A stretch of 62,413 nucleotides of DNA, counting the filler, from Squatina squatina (taxonomy: Eukaryota): the NCBI GenBank assembly GCA_031763465.1. It is 4 parts of 3 records of this genome, joined end to end, with 100 filler letters (N's around TTAATTAATTAA, not from the genome) between each part and the next. Parts side by side here need not be neighbours in the genome. Positions count along the whole stretch, not along the records: positions 50,362 to 62,413 come from JARFOE010000222.1; 3 more parts are not named here. One strand, given 5' to 3'. The translations under genes and the position numbers were made by a program. Position 1 is the stretch's first letter; the number at the start of each line of letters is the position of its first letter. The notes under the pieces were generated by a model. It had not been told where the DNA came from. It saw nothing but the letters and a program-made list of their open reading frames with translations, and made no database searches. Below, piece after piece: positions 50,955 through 62,413 of the stretch.

Positions 50955-51344
50955 GTTAGTGGTTCTGCTACTGTAAATNNNNNNNNNNNNNNNNNNNNNN
51001 NNNNNNNNNNNNNNNNNNNNNNNNNNNNNNNNNNNNNNNNNNNNNNNNNNNNNNNNNNNNNNNNNNNNNNNNNNNNNNAATGGCCCTTCCCTTTAAGGGA
51101 GGGAAGGAGCCCTTCAACACAATAGCGCTGCACTGCCCAGTGTGCAGCGTTGTTCCACTCACTGCCCCACCTACTGCCAATTGCATCCAGGAAGGAAGTG
51201 GAGCATCAATTTAGCGCTTCACTTCCTTCCTGGGGCGCAACTGCTGAATTTTTTTAAAATTCTGAAGCCATTAGTGCTTGGTGCTAATTTTACAAACTTT
51301 TAAAACTTAATGTCCCAAACAGGACGCTTTTGAATTTCTCCCCA

Positions 51345-51815
51345 TCGAATCTTACAGCCAGGAGGCCATTCGGCCCAATCATGCCTTTGTCGATTCTTTT
51401 AAAGAGCTGTCCAGTCTCATTCCCCTGCTCTTTCCCCAATAGCCTTGCAAATTTCTCTTTTTCTTTTCAAGTATATATCCAATTCTTTTTTGAAAATTAC
51501 TATTGAATCGGCTTCCTCCACAATCTTTTCACACAGCGAATTCTAGGTCATAACACGCTGCATCAAAAAAATTCTCATCACCTCCCTGGTTCTTTAGCCA
51601 ATTATCTTAAATCGGTGCTCTCTGGTTATCAACCTTCTTGCAGTGGAAAAAGTTTCTCCCTATCCACTCTATCAAAACTCTAACTTTGAACACCTGTATT
51701 AAATCTCCCCTTACCGTTCTGAGCTCTAAAGTGAACAAACCCAGCGTCCTCTAGTCTCCACATGACTTAAGTTTCTCATCCCTAGTGTAATTCTAGCAAA
51801 TTTCCTCTGCATCCC
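51345..51815 (-). mobile_element. CR1 LINE 3' portion
   Basis: ggaggccattcggccca terminus and reverse complement of the CR1 ORF2 C-terminus (tctatcaaaact..gaacacctgtattaaatctcccctta). Confidence 0.8.
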
Positions 51816-52699
51816 CAACAACAACTTGTACTTATATAGCGCCTTTAAGCAGTAAAACGTCTCAAGGTGCTTCACAGGTTAATTCTGGTTATAAGTTTAA
51901 CTTTAATTCAGGAAATTTATAATCACTAGTACAATTTTAAAATACTTTTAACGACTTTATGACTCGTTACGTTTCACCGAAATCTTGATAATATGTGCCA
52001 GTAAAGCAAAAACATAACCTGCGTACCTTCGGTGTTTGATAATCCCTCCTGAGTGGCTTGGGACGTTTTACTCCGTTAAAGGCGCGATATAAATGCAAGT
52101 GTTTTTACCAGCATAGCTAAATCTGCGTCAATACTATCGAATGAAGATTCAATCCACTCATAAATTAAAGTTAATACCCCCCACAATACCATAGAGCAGT
52201 TGCGGACTTCAATTAAGGAAAACCATACTCTCATATCACAGCAGAAATCGGAGTACCACCAAACTCTAAACACAAGGTCGTTCTATTTCACATGTTAACA
52301 TTGATAATTACTCATTTTGGCTTAAATGTGCTACTTGAATTATTCAACTATCAATCTACACACGGTAAATAAAATCTACTGGATCTGGGATACCCTTTTT
52401 GCGAGCGAGCAGCATCGACTGGTGAATTGATGACAACTGCCTGGGATTCCCTTTCAAGTTCAGCAAATCGACGCGAACGAAGCGACTAAACTTATCAGAA
52501 AGTATCTGGGAACTCCTTCTTGCCAATTTGCTCACATTTTAAAACTTGTTCTCCTCTTTCTTTCTCTCTCTTTCCCTAAAACCGAACGACTGCAATGGAA
52601 AACCGTCTCTTCTTCCACACACACACACATACATTTCCATCAGGCGTTATCGCTGCGTGTTTAGAGAAGGGAAGGAAAAAAAAATCACAACGCTGCGCC

Positions 52700-53631
52700 T
52701 TCCTCAGGCGGAGTCCTCTAAAATAAAACCAAACAAGATTTTAAACAAAAAAAAAAAACGACCGCTCGTCTTCCTATTTCGAAAATAAATTGAAAAGAGT
52801 AGATTTGGGTGAAAAAAAGCCCTTGCGGATTGGATTCCCCTCTCTCTCTCTGGCCCCGAAGCAGCAAGATGCTGGGCGCCGCCATTTTGTGTGAGGAGAG
52901 CTCGGCCTGTCGAGGAGGAGAGGGGGAGGGGTGTCGTGTAATGGTCGAATAGGAGCACCCCCTCCCGGGGCCCAGGCTGTGGTGGCCGGTTTTGTTGAGA
53001 CGAGGCGCTATTGTTTCGCTTCTCGGAGGGAGGTTCGAGCCGCTACTGTTTGGTGCCTTGGCCGCCGCCGCTGCCGCCGCCAAGCACCAGCACTAATAGC
53101 ACCATTACCACCACCGCTGGTTATTTTTTGGGGGGTCTCGCTTGTGTGTTTTTTTCCCTCATTCTTTTCTTTCTGTGTGTGTGTGTGTGAGAGAGAGTAG
53201 AGTTCATGTTAAGCAGAGTGACTGCATGGAGCCGCTCACAACACTGCAGCCCGTGTAACACCGTCAAAAAAAACAGCAGCAACACCAAGATCTTTACACC
53301 AAAAATATAGACACATTTAAAACCACAACAATAACACACAATAGAGAACAAGATGTAAGTTTCTTTTTGTTTTTTTTCATTTTTTTTTTGTTCTCTTCAT
53401 TGGGTTAAAGGGAGATCGAAAGACCTAAGCGAGTCGTTACTCTTTTTCTCTTTTTTTTCTCTCTTCCCCCGCTTAAACTTTCGCACTCGCTTCATCAATG
53501 AGTGAGCCGCGGCGGAATGGGACACCGGGTCTCGTGTAGATATTGACTAAGTTTTGAAGAGGTTTATTTTTCTTTCGGGTTTTTTTTCACACACACACAC
53601 ACACACCATAACAACAACAACAATGAAAAAG
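52700..53631 (+). promoter_or_regulatory. CpG-island promoter and 5' UTR region of ARID2, with YY1 motif GCCGCCATTTTG at 52878-52889
   Basis: High CpG/GC density directly upstream of the ARID2 start codon, (GCC)n run, consensus YY1 site, (GT)n/(CA)n/(CAA)n microsatellites. Confidence 0.8.
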
Positions 53632-53726
53632 ATGGCAAATTCGACGGGGAAAATGCAGCCTTCAGACCCGCGGAGAAAAAGGCAAGCGTTCTTGGAGGAG
53701 CTGCGGCAGTTTCATCAGAACAGAGG
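53632..53726 (+). CDS. ARID2: AT-rich interactive domain-containing protein 2 (BAF200), first coding exon
   Basis: Translation MANSTGKMQPSDPRRKRQAFLEELRQFHQNRG followed by donor GG|gtaag. Human as recalled: [31 protein letters not shown]. Confidence 0.93.
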
Positions 53727-53862
53727 GTAAGAAAAAAACCTGAGGGGTGGGGAATAAAACTTNNNNNNNNNNNNNNNNNNNNNNNNNNNNNNNNNNNNNN
53801 NNNNNNNNNNNNNNNNNNNNNNNNNNNNNNNNNNNNNNNNNNNNNNNNNNNNNNNNNNNNNN

Positions 53863-53985
53863 CCATGCTGACTTTGTCCGATCCTGTCACTGTTATCCAA
53901 GTGCTCTGCTATTACATCTTTCAGAATGGACTCAAGTATTTTCCGCACGACTGATGTCAGGCTTACCGGTATATAACTCTCTTGA
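53863..53985 (-). mobile_element. CR1 LINE reverse-transcriptase fragment
   Basis: Encodes YIPVSLTSVVRKILESILKDVIAEHLDNSDRIGQSQH. Confidence 0.85.
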
Positions 53986-54629
53986 CCCTGACTTCCTTGA
54001 CCCTGGCACCAGAAAGGCAAAATGCCATCCTAGTGTCACTTTTACGGCACAGAAATGCCTGTCCAGTGCCCTAAAAATGGAATCAGCTGGCACGCTTGCA
54101 CTTCAACTCTTCTACCTCACCTATTGTGTAGCTGAGACACCCATGGTGCCACAGACTTGGCTCTGAATGCATTCCCCTGAGCTGAGGAACCACCATCCTC
54201 AAAATTTTCCACAATGTGAAGCCAGTTAGTTAGTGATATGGACTCAGTGGACTCCTGCACAATCTGCCTGGTCCTCCTCGTCTGTCCAGCAGTCACACGT
54301 TCCCTCTCTGTCTGCACTATCTTAACCTCAAGAGCAAAGTTCTTAATTGGTGGAAAGCCAATTTCCGTGTGCTGAGATTGGATCTGGCCTGGGAAATTGG
54401 AATCTAAGATAGGCAGGCAAAACTGCAATCCCACAATGGACTGGCTCCAAAGAGGAGGTGGTTCAAGTAATGTTGAGGCACATTCCCACGAAGGGGAAAG
54501 GAAAGGCAACCAAAGCCAAAGCTCTCTGGTTGACAAAATAGATAGAGTAAGATGAAGCAGAGAAGGGGGCGTATGACAGATGTCAGGTTGAGAACACAAG
54601 TGAGAACCAGACTGAATATAGAGAGTAGA

Positions 54630-57168
54630 GACAGGAAGTGTAAATGGTAATGAGAGGGGCAAAGAATGAGTATGAGAATAGATTATCAGCTGACATAAAA
54701 AGGACTCCAAAAGTCTCTATCGGTACACCAATAGTAAAAAGGTAGCAGGAGAAAGGGTGGAACCGATTAGGAACAAAATGGAGTTTTGCACATCATAGCA
54801 GAAGGCATGGCTGAGGTACTAAATGAGTAGTTTACGTCTGTCTTCACCAAGGAAGAAGATGCTGCCAAAGTCATAGTGAAATATTTGATGGGATGAAAAC
54901 AGATTAAGAGGATGTAATCGGAAGGCTGGATTTATTTAAACTAGATAAGCCACCAGGACCAGATGGGATGCATCCAAAGATATTGAGGGGAGGAAAGTTG
55001 AAAATTCTGGAAGTACTGGCAAAAAGTTTCTAATTCTCCTTGGATATGGGGTTCGTATTAATGGACTAGATAACTGAAAATGGTACACCCTTGTTCAAAA
55101 AATTGTGTATGGATAATCCCAGCAACTGCAAGCCAATCAGTGTAACTTTGGTTGTGGAGAAGTTTGTAGAATCGATAATCCGGGACAAATTTAACAAGTA
55201 ACTTGGACAAGTATGGAATAATGAAGGGAAATTAGCACAGGTTTGTTAAAGGGCAGTCGTGTTTAACTAAATTGATTGAGATTTTTCATGAGGTAACAGG
55301 GTGGGTTGATGAGGGCAATGCAGTTGATGTGATGTGCATGGACTTTCAAATGGCATTTGATAAAATGCTGTATCATAGGCGTGAGAGAAAAGTTGAAGCC
55401 CAAGGAATAAAAGGACAGTGGCAAAATGGATATAAAATTGGTTAAGTGACTGGAAAGAGAGTATTGGTGAACGATTGTTTTTTGGACTGGAGTCGTGTTC
55501 TGGAGCGGCTGGTACCAGGGCCACTGGTTTTTTTGTTATATATTAATTACTTTGAACTGTGTGCACAGGGCACAATTTCAAATTGTGCTTATGATACAAA
55601 ACTTTGAAGTATAGTGAACAGTGAGAAGGATAGTGTTAAACTTCAAGAAGACTTCGACACGCTTGTGGAATGGGCAAACACGTGGCAGATGAAATTTAAC
55701 GTAGAAACCTGAAAAATGATGCATTTCATTTCGAGGAAAGAGGAGGTGCATTGGAAACTAAATGGTAGAATTCTAAAGGGAGTTCAGGAGCAGACCGACC
55801 TGGGGTTATATGTGCACAAATCGTTGAAGGTGGGACGGCAGGTTGATAAAGCAGTTAAAAATGCATCCGGTATTCTGGGCTTCATAAATAGAAGCATAGG
55901 AGGAGAAATTGGCCCACTTTGTACCTTTCGTTAAAGCCTTCCAGCGGTGATAATGGGGCCCTACAAGCATTCCAAATGGGCGGAGCGAGAGTACCCACAC
56001 CCACAATCTTCCCTTACTGGTTAGCGTTGAATTAATGTCACAATCTTCTGTGTCTTGGAGATCATGATATTATCCTGAGTGCAGTGCCTTGTTACCGCAT
56101 GTGAACCTCGCTTCCACCCACTGCAGCTTTGCCAAGCTGCAACAGCGGCAGCTGTAGAAGACATTGTGAGGTTTGCTGGCCGATTGGTGAGTTATCGTTA
56201 AATGGATTGCTGGTGAGGTCGACAAAAAGTGTTTCATGGACCTGTGGGCATTTTTTTTGAATTTTCCTGCTGCTGTGATTGATCATTCCTGCACTCTGTC
56301 AGATTACTCGTGGCTGATCCTCGCGGATCGCAGTGCCGTGGCTGAGCATTCGACCCACTTTCTTGCTGAGACTCAGCAACGGCCCTTCTCTTTAACAGAG
56401 GAAATGAGCCTGTGATCCCAGCAGCACTGCATTGGACATTGTGCAGCACTCTGCTGCAACCGCCCCTTTTGCCTGGTTTAGGGCTCCAAGGGAATTTAGC
56501 ATCCCACTTCCCCACTAAAGTGTTAACTGGAAATTCGCATCTGCTGGAAATGGGTAGCATGACACAATTTCTATCCCAAGAAGTTAGGATGAAGTTTAAT
56601 AAATTTGTGCAACTGGTTAATTGTGTCCAATTCTGGGCAGTGCACTTTATGAAGGATGTGAAGGTTTTGTGTGGGCACAGAAAAGTTTAACAAATATAGT
56701 TCCAGGGATGAGGGACTTCATTAATGTGGATTGAGTGGAGAGTCTGGTGTTGTTCTCCACACAGCAGAGAAGATCGAGAGGAGATTTGATGTTGGTGTTC
56801 GAAATCATGAGGGGATTGGATAGAGTAGATCAAGAGAAACTGTTCCAACAGGCAGAAGATCGAGAATCAGAGGACATTGATTTAAGGGGATTGGCAGAAG
56901 AACTAGGAGCAACATGTGGAAAATTGCTTTTACACTGAGTGTAGTTAGGATCTAGATTTCACTGCCTGAAAGGATGGTGGATGCAGATTCAATTGTGGCT
57001 TTCAAAGGGGTATTCGATAAGTAATTGAAAGATAAAATGCAGGGTTACGGGGAAAACACGGGGGAGTGGGACTAGCTGAAGTGCTCTTGCAGAGAGCTGG
57101 CAGAGGCTCGAGGATCGAATGGCCTCCTTTTTTTGCTGTCACCATCCTATGATCCTATGATTCTATGA
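54630..57168 (+). mobile_element. Long decayed CR1 LINE ORF2 (RT) with 3' tail, interrupted by an insertion at 55899-56577
   Basis: Collinear remnants of MAEVLNE.FTSVFTKEE, PGPDGMHP, TPLFKK, FVKGQSCLT, MDFQ.AFDK, YDTKL and EWANTWQMKFNV, plus tail atcctatg-atcctatg-attctatg at 57144-57167. Confidence 0.92.
55899..56577. mobile_element. Non-autonomous DNA transposon (Harbinger-like) nested in the CR1
   Basis: Splits CR1 between ...ataaatagaagcata and aagttaggatg.... Imperfect TIRs GGAGGAGAAATTG / CAATTTCTATCCC. Confidence 0.65.
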
Positions 57169-58257
57169 AGTAATAAGAGTTTTAATGAAATATAGCCATT
57201 CAATCATTCCATAACAGGGTGGGGAAAACAGTTAGTTTATCAGAGAACACATCTGGCCAGACATCTTCCTTTGCTTTTGTTATAAATGTTACAGAAATGA
57301 AGACAGACTTGAACTTAAAGGTTTACTTGGTCAAATAGCAATTATATGGAATAAGATTGAAACATTCGTTAAGATAAAAATGTAAGGGGATNNNNNNNNN
57401 NNNNNNNNNNNNNNNNNNNNNNNNNNNNNNNNNNNNNNNNNNNNNNNNNNNNNNNNNNNNNNNNNNNNNNNNNNNNNNNNNNNNNNNNNNNTTAAAGGTT
57501 TACTTGGTCAAATAGCAATTATATGGAATAAGATTGAAACATTCGTTAAGATAAAAATGTAAGGGGATTGCACGTTTCTGTGGAACAATATTTTTTAAAT
57601 CTCAGGCAAGTAAAGTTATTGATGAGGTAGAGGTCAAGTAAATTCTTCTTATTTTGAGTTGTATTTGAGATTTGAAACAATTGCTTAATGCAAAATTCTG
57701 TGGATTTTCATGAATGTTTAGTTTCATAAAGACCTAAGATGCTGAGCTAATTGTAATCCATTTGAATCCTCAGCAAATCTATCACGTTCAGCAGTAAGTA
57801 TTGCCTCAGAAGTGTGCGATTATGTATTATTGCATGCACTGTTAAGAAATTTGTGACACATGATTTTCAATGTTCAGAACTTTATTGAATTGAGCATTAA
57901 ATAATGAATAAGCATCCCTTCTTTCACCATCAAAGTTCAGATTTATATCGGATTACCCAGCCAATGCACCAAATGTTTGCGTTTCTCGAGCGAAATAGAG
58001 ATGGATACATCTAAAGTGTACAACTGGGATAGACATGGTCAAGCACTGAGAATCAGATATCATTGTTCAGGTTCACTCGACAATCTATTTCTCATCTCTC
58101 TGCCTTTATTATGCCATTATGAGCCATCAGATAGGTCGTCCCACATTTGATGATACATCAGGATCATCGCTTTGATGGAATCCAGTACCTGAGCATGAGG
58201 AACAAAATGTAGCCAAGCGTAACCCCTCAAAGCATACTCATGTAATAACGATAATAA

Positions 58258-58944
58258 GAAAGCTGTCAGGCCGTTAAGACTGAATCCGACAGCAGGAAAT
58301 GGACAGGAAGCGAAATTTGTAAAGTTCATGGTATTTCCGCCAAAAGATTTATCCACAATAAACCCATTTTAGATTTCGAACGAGAAACTGAGTCTGAGGA
58401 TAGTTCTAATCTACACTTCTGTGCAAAGAAAAATACTTTCCTATTTCCTTTCACTGAACCTCCACTTGGAACTTCCCCAGTAGTGACGACTGAGAATTCT
58501 CTTGGATTCGAATTTCGATTTCCGTTAACAGGGCCTGGTTCAAATCAGATTCAACTGGTAATTAACAATAGCCAGGATTCTTTCTTATTCCACAAATTAC
58601 ACGGTGAGTAACTCAATGCATGGTGATCCTCACAACTCCATCTCACGTTATTCAATATCATCATATTCTCCTCCGAATTGAGTATCACAGGGAGTAACGG
58701 AACCTAAAATAGACAGACATATTGTGTTGATTATAGACAATGTAGCCTTCAAAATATTGAGCTTCCATGTAGTCTGCTTATGAATTGCTCTGGCTCCGCT
58801 TGGTTTGCTGTCAGTTCATCTCATCACTCTACATCAATTCAGCCAAAACTTACTCGTCAAAAGCATTCAAAGTACTTTAATTGGGAGACTTCATTCCTAT
58901 TCCCAATGGATACCAATAAATTCACATTGAAGACTTCAGAATAA
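58258..58944 (+). pseudogene. Decayed reading frame of unknown origin, possibly a viral envelope/glycoprotein remnant
   Basis: About 228 codons in one frame with only three internal stops (58609, 58624, 58705). Contains cysteines, N-glycosylation sequons (NNS, NGT, NCS) and RQKH-SKYFNWETSFLFP. CpG appears higher than in the flanks. Confidence 0.35.
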
Positions 58945-59159
58945 ACGCCATTGAAAACTAATTATGGGATTAATTTGGAAGGAAATGCAAGGTGTTGGGT
59001 AAATAATGTTTTCTGTGGATAGGTGCATCTGAACTGCTAGGCTTCTGTTTCTGAGTGCTGAAGCCATGAGACTGATTTCCTGACCTTTCTGTAACCTCTT
59101 GAAATTGTAGAATTCACAGGTGCAGGCTTTCTGTTTGAGCCCAATTGCTGTGATTTATT

Positions 59160-59694
59160 TTTGGTGATTCATTCATGGGATGTGGGTGTAGTTGGCAGGG
59201 CCAGAATTTATTGCCCATTCGGCGATGTTAATGCTATTTTATGTCAAGGGGCAGTTGTGCGGCTCTCGCTTGTTCAAGATAGTCATTGCCTGGCATTTGT
59301 TTGGCGGGAATATTACTTGCCACTTATCAACCTCAACCTCAATGACAGCCATAACTTGCTGCACGCGGGCATAGACTGCTTCATTTTGCGAGGAGCTGTG
59401 AATGGCACGGAACACTGTCATCAGCAAACAGCCCCACTTGTGACATGATGAAGGTGGGAAGGTCATTGATGAAGCGAGTCAGGAGGAGGCCGATATGGAT
59501 TATACACTGGGCACTTCTGGCTGAACAAGGTTGCTATGCTTCAGCCTTATCTTTGGCACTCAACGTGCCGGGCTCCATCATCACTGAAGATCGGGATATT
59601 CATGGGACCTGCTCCTCCCGTTAGTTGTTTAATTGTCCAGCACTGGATGTGGCAGGACTGCAGACTACAGATCTGATCCATTAATTGGTTGATC
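59160..59694 (-). mobile_element. Internally deleted LINE (same family as 10080-10555)
   Basis: 3' tail attcattcatgggatgtggg and translation DKWQVIFPPNKCQAMTILNKRE. Confidence 0.8.
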
Positions 59695-60082
59695 NNNNNN
59701 NNNNNNNNNNNNNNNNNNNNNNNNNNNNNNNNNNNNNNNNNNNNNNNNNNNNNNNNNNNNNNNNNNNNNNNNNNNNNNNNNNNNNNNNNNNNNNGTTGAG
59801 ATAAAAGATGAATGGTGGAGCAGGCTTGAAGGGACAAATGGCCTACTCTGGCTCCTATTTATTATGTTCTTATTGCATGTAGTTGAGAATAAAATTTCTA
59901 CTGTTTTTTTTCCCCTCTTGAGTTTAAAATTTGTGGAAGGAATTTATTGAAGAAGGGTTTAACATATCAATTTATTTGTGTTGAGAAAATATTAAACTTT
60001 TTAAATCTGTTCATTCTAAATTTTGCTCTGATAATTTTAAACTGAATGTTTATTTGTGCTAAATTGCTTCTTTTTCTTTTAG

Positions 60083-60301
60083 AATATATCCGACAAAGCT
60101 ATGGACTTAATACAGAATTTGTCACACTTAGTGACTACAATAAACTGGTGCTTTCCCTTATGTCTGGACTCCCAAATGAAGTGGATTTTGCAATTAATGT
60201 TTGCACTCTTCTCTCAAATGAGAGTAAACACATCATGCAACTTGAAAAGGACCCCAGAATCACCACCATACTGCTCGCACATGCTGGAGTTTTTGATGAC
60301 A
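60083..60301 (+). CDS. ARID2: ARID2 internal exon (equivalent to human exon 5)
   Basis: tttttcttttag|...|gtaag, 219 nt. Translation [72 protein letters not shown]. Confidence 0.95.
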
Positions 60302-60888
60302 GTAAGATATACTACTTAATGCTTACGCGTATTGACAGTATTTGCTGTGTTACTGGCTGTTTCACTTTTAAATACGGAATTGTTACATGTTAGAACATGT
60401 GGGATAAATTGGAAAGAAAAATCTAAGCTCAAAATATGTAAATTCACAATTTGTTCAACTTTGATATGCAGCTGAATTAGTTATCCAAATGAGGCAAATC
60501 TACTGGGATACTACCCCTTTTTAAAGTTTGATGTGAAATGTGACACATTATTCATGTGGTGTTCCTGCACACCCCACCCCAAGTATATGTAGGTCTTGAT
60601 CTGGAATAGTTCATCATTTCGTTTNNNNNNNNNNNNNNNNNNNNNNNNNNNNNNNNNNNNNNNNNNNNNNNNNNNNNNNNNNNNNNNNNNNNNNNNNNNN
60701 NNNNNNNNNNNNNNNNNNNNNNNNCAACACTCCTGAAGATGACATTTTAAAGAACTATTGTATGCATTTGCCTTTGTGGCTTAGATTTCATCTGCAATTC
60801 ATTGTGCATACTGTTTAATAAAATTTCAATAAGAAATTTATGTTATGCATGGCATAATTTAAAATGGCCTCTGTTTTATATTTCATAG

Positions 60889-60958
60889 TTCTGGAAAGAC
60901 AATGTTGAAGATAATGAAATACGGGAGCTCATTATTTTTAGGAACAATGGATCACCAG
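60889..60958 (+). CDS. ARID2: ARID2 internal exon (equivalent to human exon 7)
   Basis: tttcatag|TTC...CCAG|gttag. Translation FWKDNVEDNEIRELIIFRNNGSP, versus human FWKDIVDDNEVRDLI. Its phase joins the next exon. Confidence 0.9.
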
Positions 60959-61349
60959 GTTAGTGAAGGAATACATTTTTGAAAGCTCAAGAGCCAGAAT
61001 AAATATTTAACTGAAAAGTTGATATTTAGGGTTTTTGTTGAATAATCATTTTAACTGCAATGTTTTTATGGTTGTGAAGTAACAACTTCATCATGCGAAT
61101 GTTCAATATGCTGTATAGATAGAATGGTTAAAAAAAAATTGTCATCGCTGGTTTTCATGTGGTGAGTTCCCAATCTCTGTTGCATTGTTGAGGGAAATAC
61201 TGAGTAGAGATCAGTGACTTTACCCAGCAGGGACAGAAGGAACCTTTTGCTCTACTTTAATGCTTCATTTTCTGTATGAATTTGTATTTTTGTTTATGTA
61301 CCCAGATTTTTTTATGTCTTTATATAAAATTGATTTTTTATCAATTTAG

Positions 61350-61600
61350 GTACGAGTATAGAAGTAGATATGGAGACATCTTTATTCCACCCCTCTCATA
61401 AACTGGGCATCAATGATGTTGAGGGGCAACGGGTGCTTCAGATAGCAGTAATCCTTCGCAATTTGTCATTTGAGGAAGGAAATGTGAAGATGTTGGCAGC
61501 TCACCGTACATGTGTCCGCTTCCTCTTGCTGTGTTCCCATTGTCAGTATGCTTCTCTCAAGCAGCTGGGACTGGACACATTGGGTAACGTAGCAGCTGAG
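61350..61600 (+). CDS. ARID2: ARID2 internal exon (equivalent to human exon 8)
   Basis: tttag|GT...GAG|gtaag, 251 nt. Translation [61 protein letters not shown]...[12 protein letters not shown]. Confidence 0.95.
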
Positions 61601-62413
61601 GTAAGAAATTATTCTAATAGTGCATTTCAGTTACTAAAATTGTATGTATTCTATGCTCGTACAAACCATAATCTAACAGAGGAAAGATTGTTTTGTAATT
61701 ATATATGTAAATCAGTTATAATTAGTGTAATATTTTTGTGTAAACTGTAAATGTCATGCTTTGAGTTTGGGGGGAAGTCAACTTGCATGTGGAACTAGTG
61801 AGATTTCCTAGCTTTCATAAATGTACACATTTTGAATGAAAGCGAAAATATTCTTGTCTCTAAACCTCAAAGCAGGATTTTTATGAAATGCTGCATACCC
61901 TATGATTCTCCCCTCCTCCCTGACAGAACCCAAGAATCCCATAATGAACCAAACCCCACATTCCAATCTCTACTGCTATCAAACCCTAAATTCCCACCCG
62001 ATCATACCAAGTTCCAGAACCACTTTCTCAGCGATACTAAGATCACAGACCCACTCTGCTGTCGAAGCCTCGTACTTCTCGCACCCTAAATGCAGACACC
62101 CACTTTCAACCTGGTGCATGTTTCCTACATCTTGTTGAACATACTGGGCTATAAAACAGTTAATGAGATGAAGATTGACTGCATTGGTAAAGGACACATA
62201 ATGCATCATGCCATTGATTTAGAATTTTCAAAGAAAAATTAACAGAATTATAGAATTCGATCTGCTAAACATTGGTTAAAGAGCAAAAATGTGAGATCAT
62301 AGAGAAACAATACACAACTTGTTGTGGCTCGAATAATGCCTTGTGTGTTGATGAAAGAAAGAAGCAACTTGCACTTAAAGAGCACCTTTCACAACCTCCA
62401 CATGCCTCAAAGC

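Noticed and set aside
54117-54710. 197-aa minus-strand ORF
   Set aside because: Spans the antisense of a decayed CR1 and adjacent repeat-like DNA, with no recognisable domain.
57315-57568. Perfect 77-bp direct repeat (57315-57391 and 57492-57568) flanking a 100-N gap
   Set aside because: An exact duplicate on both sides of a gap, with a length equal to a common de Bruijn k-mer (77). This is an unmerged contig overlap, not a biological repeat or target-site duplication.
58117-58356. 79-aa minus-strand ORF as the coding frame of the foreign-looking segment
   Set aside because: Bounded by several stops upstream. The plus-strand frame is open for much longer and is the better candidate.
1-62413. 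CRISPR arrays, operons, rRNA or intact tRNA genes
   Set aside because: None seen. The DNA is intron-containing vertebrate sequence, and the regularly spaced 100-N blocks are gaps, not repeat-spacer arrays. tRNA-like strings (about 28470-28550 and 49340-49400) are decayed SINE heads.

Overview
Eukaryotic (vertebrate) draft-assembly sequence, most likely a cartilaginous fish (shark-type CR1/L2 LINEs, DeuSINE, Harbinger remnants, jawed-vertebrate genes). It is not one contiguous locus. Three artificial 100-nt spacers (44 N + TTAATTAATTAA + 44 N) split it into four blocks: 1-22435, 22536-37419, 37520-50261 and 50362-62413. Each block also has many 100-N gaps. Recognisable genes are the giant ANKRD50 coding exon (34207-37419), one SMOC1 thyroglobulin-type-1 exon, one ANO6 exon, and the CpG-island promoter plus four exons of ARID2 (ANO6-ARID2 synteny as in human). 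The rest is intron or intergenic DNA rich in decayed transposons. I found no convincing new biological system. The best oddities are a mollusc-style EGF-repeat exon at a contig tip (26952-27095), a CpG-rich decayed glycoprotein/env-like reading frame inside an ARID2 intron (about 57908-58944), and a decayed Penelope-type hammerhead ribozyme core. There is also strong internal evidence that the gaps in the ANKRD50 exon were sized against a reference. Comparisons to human proteins are from memory, not from a database search, and repeat boundaries are approximate.
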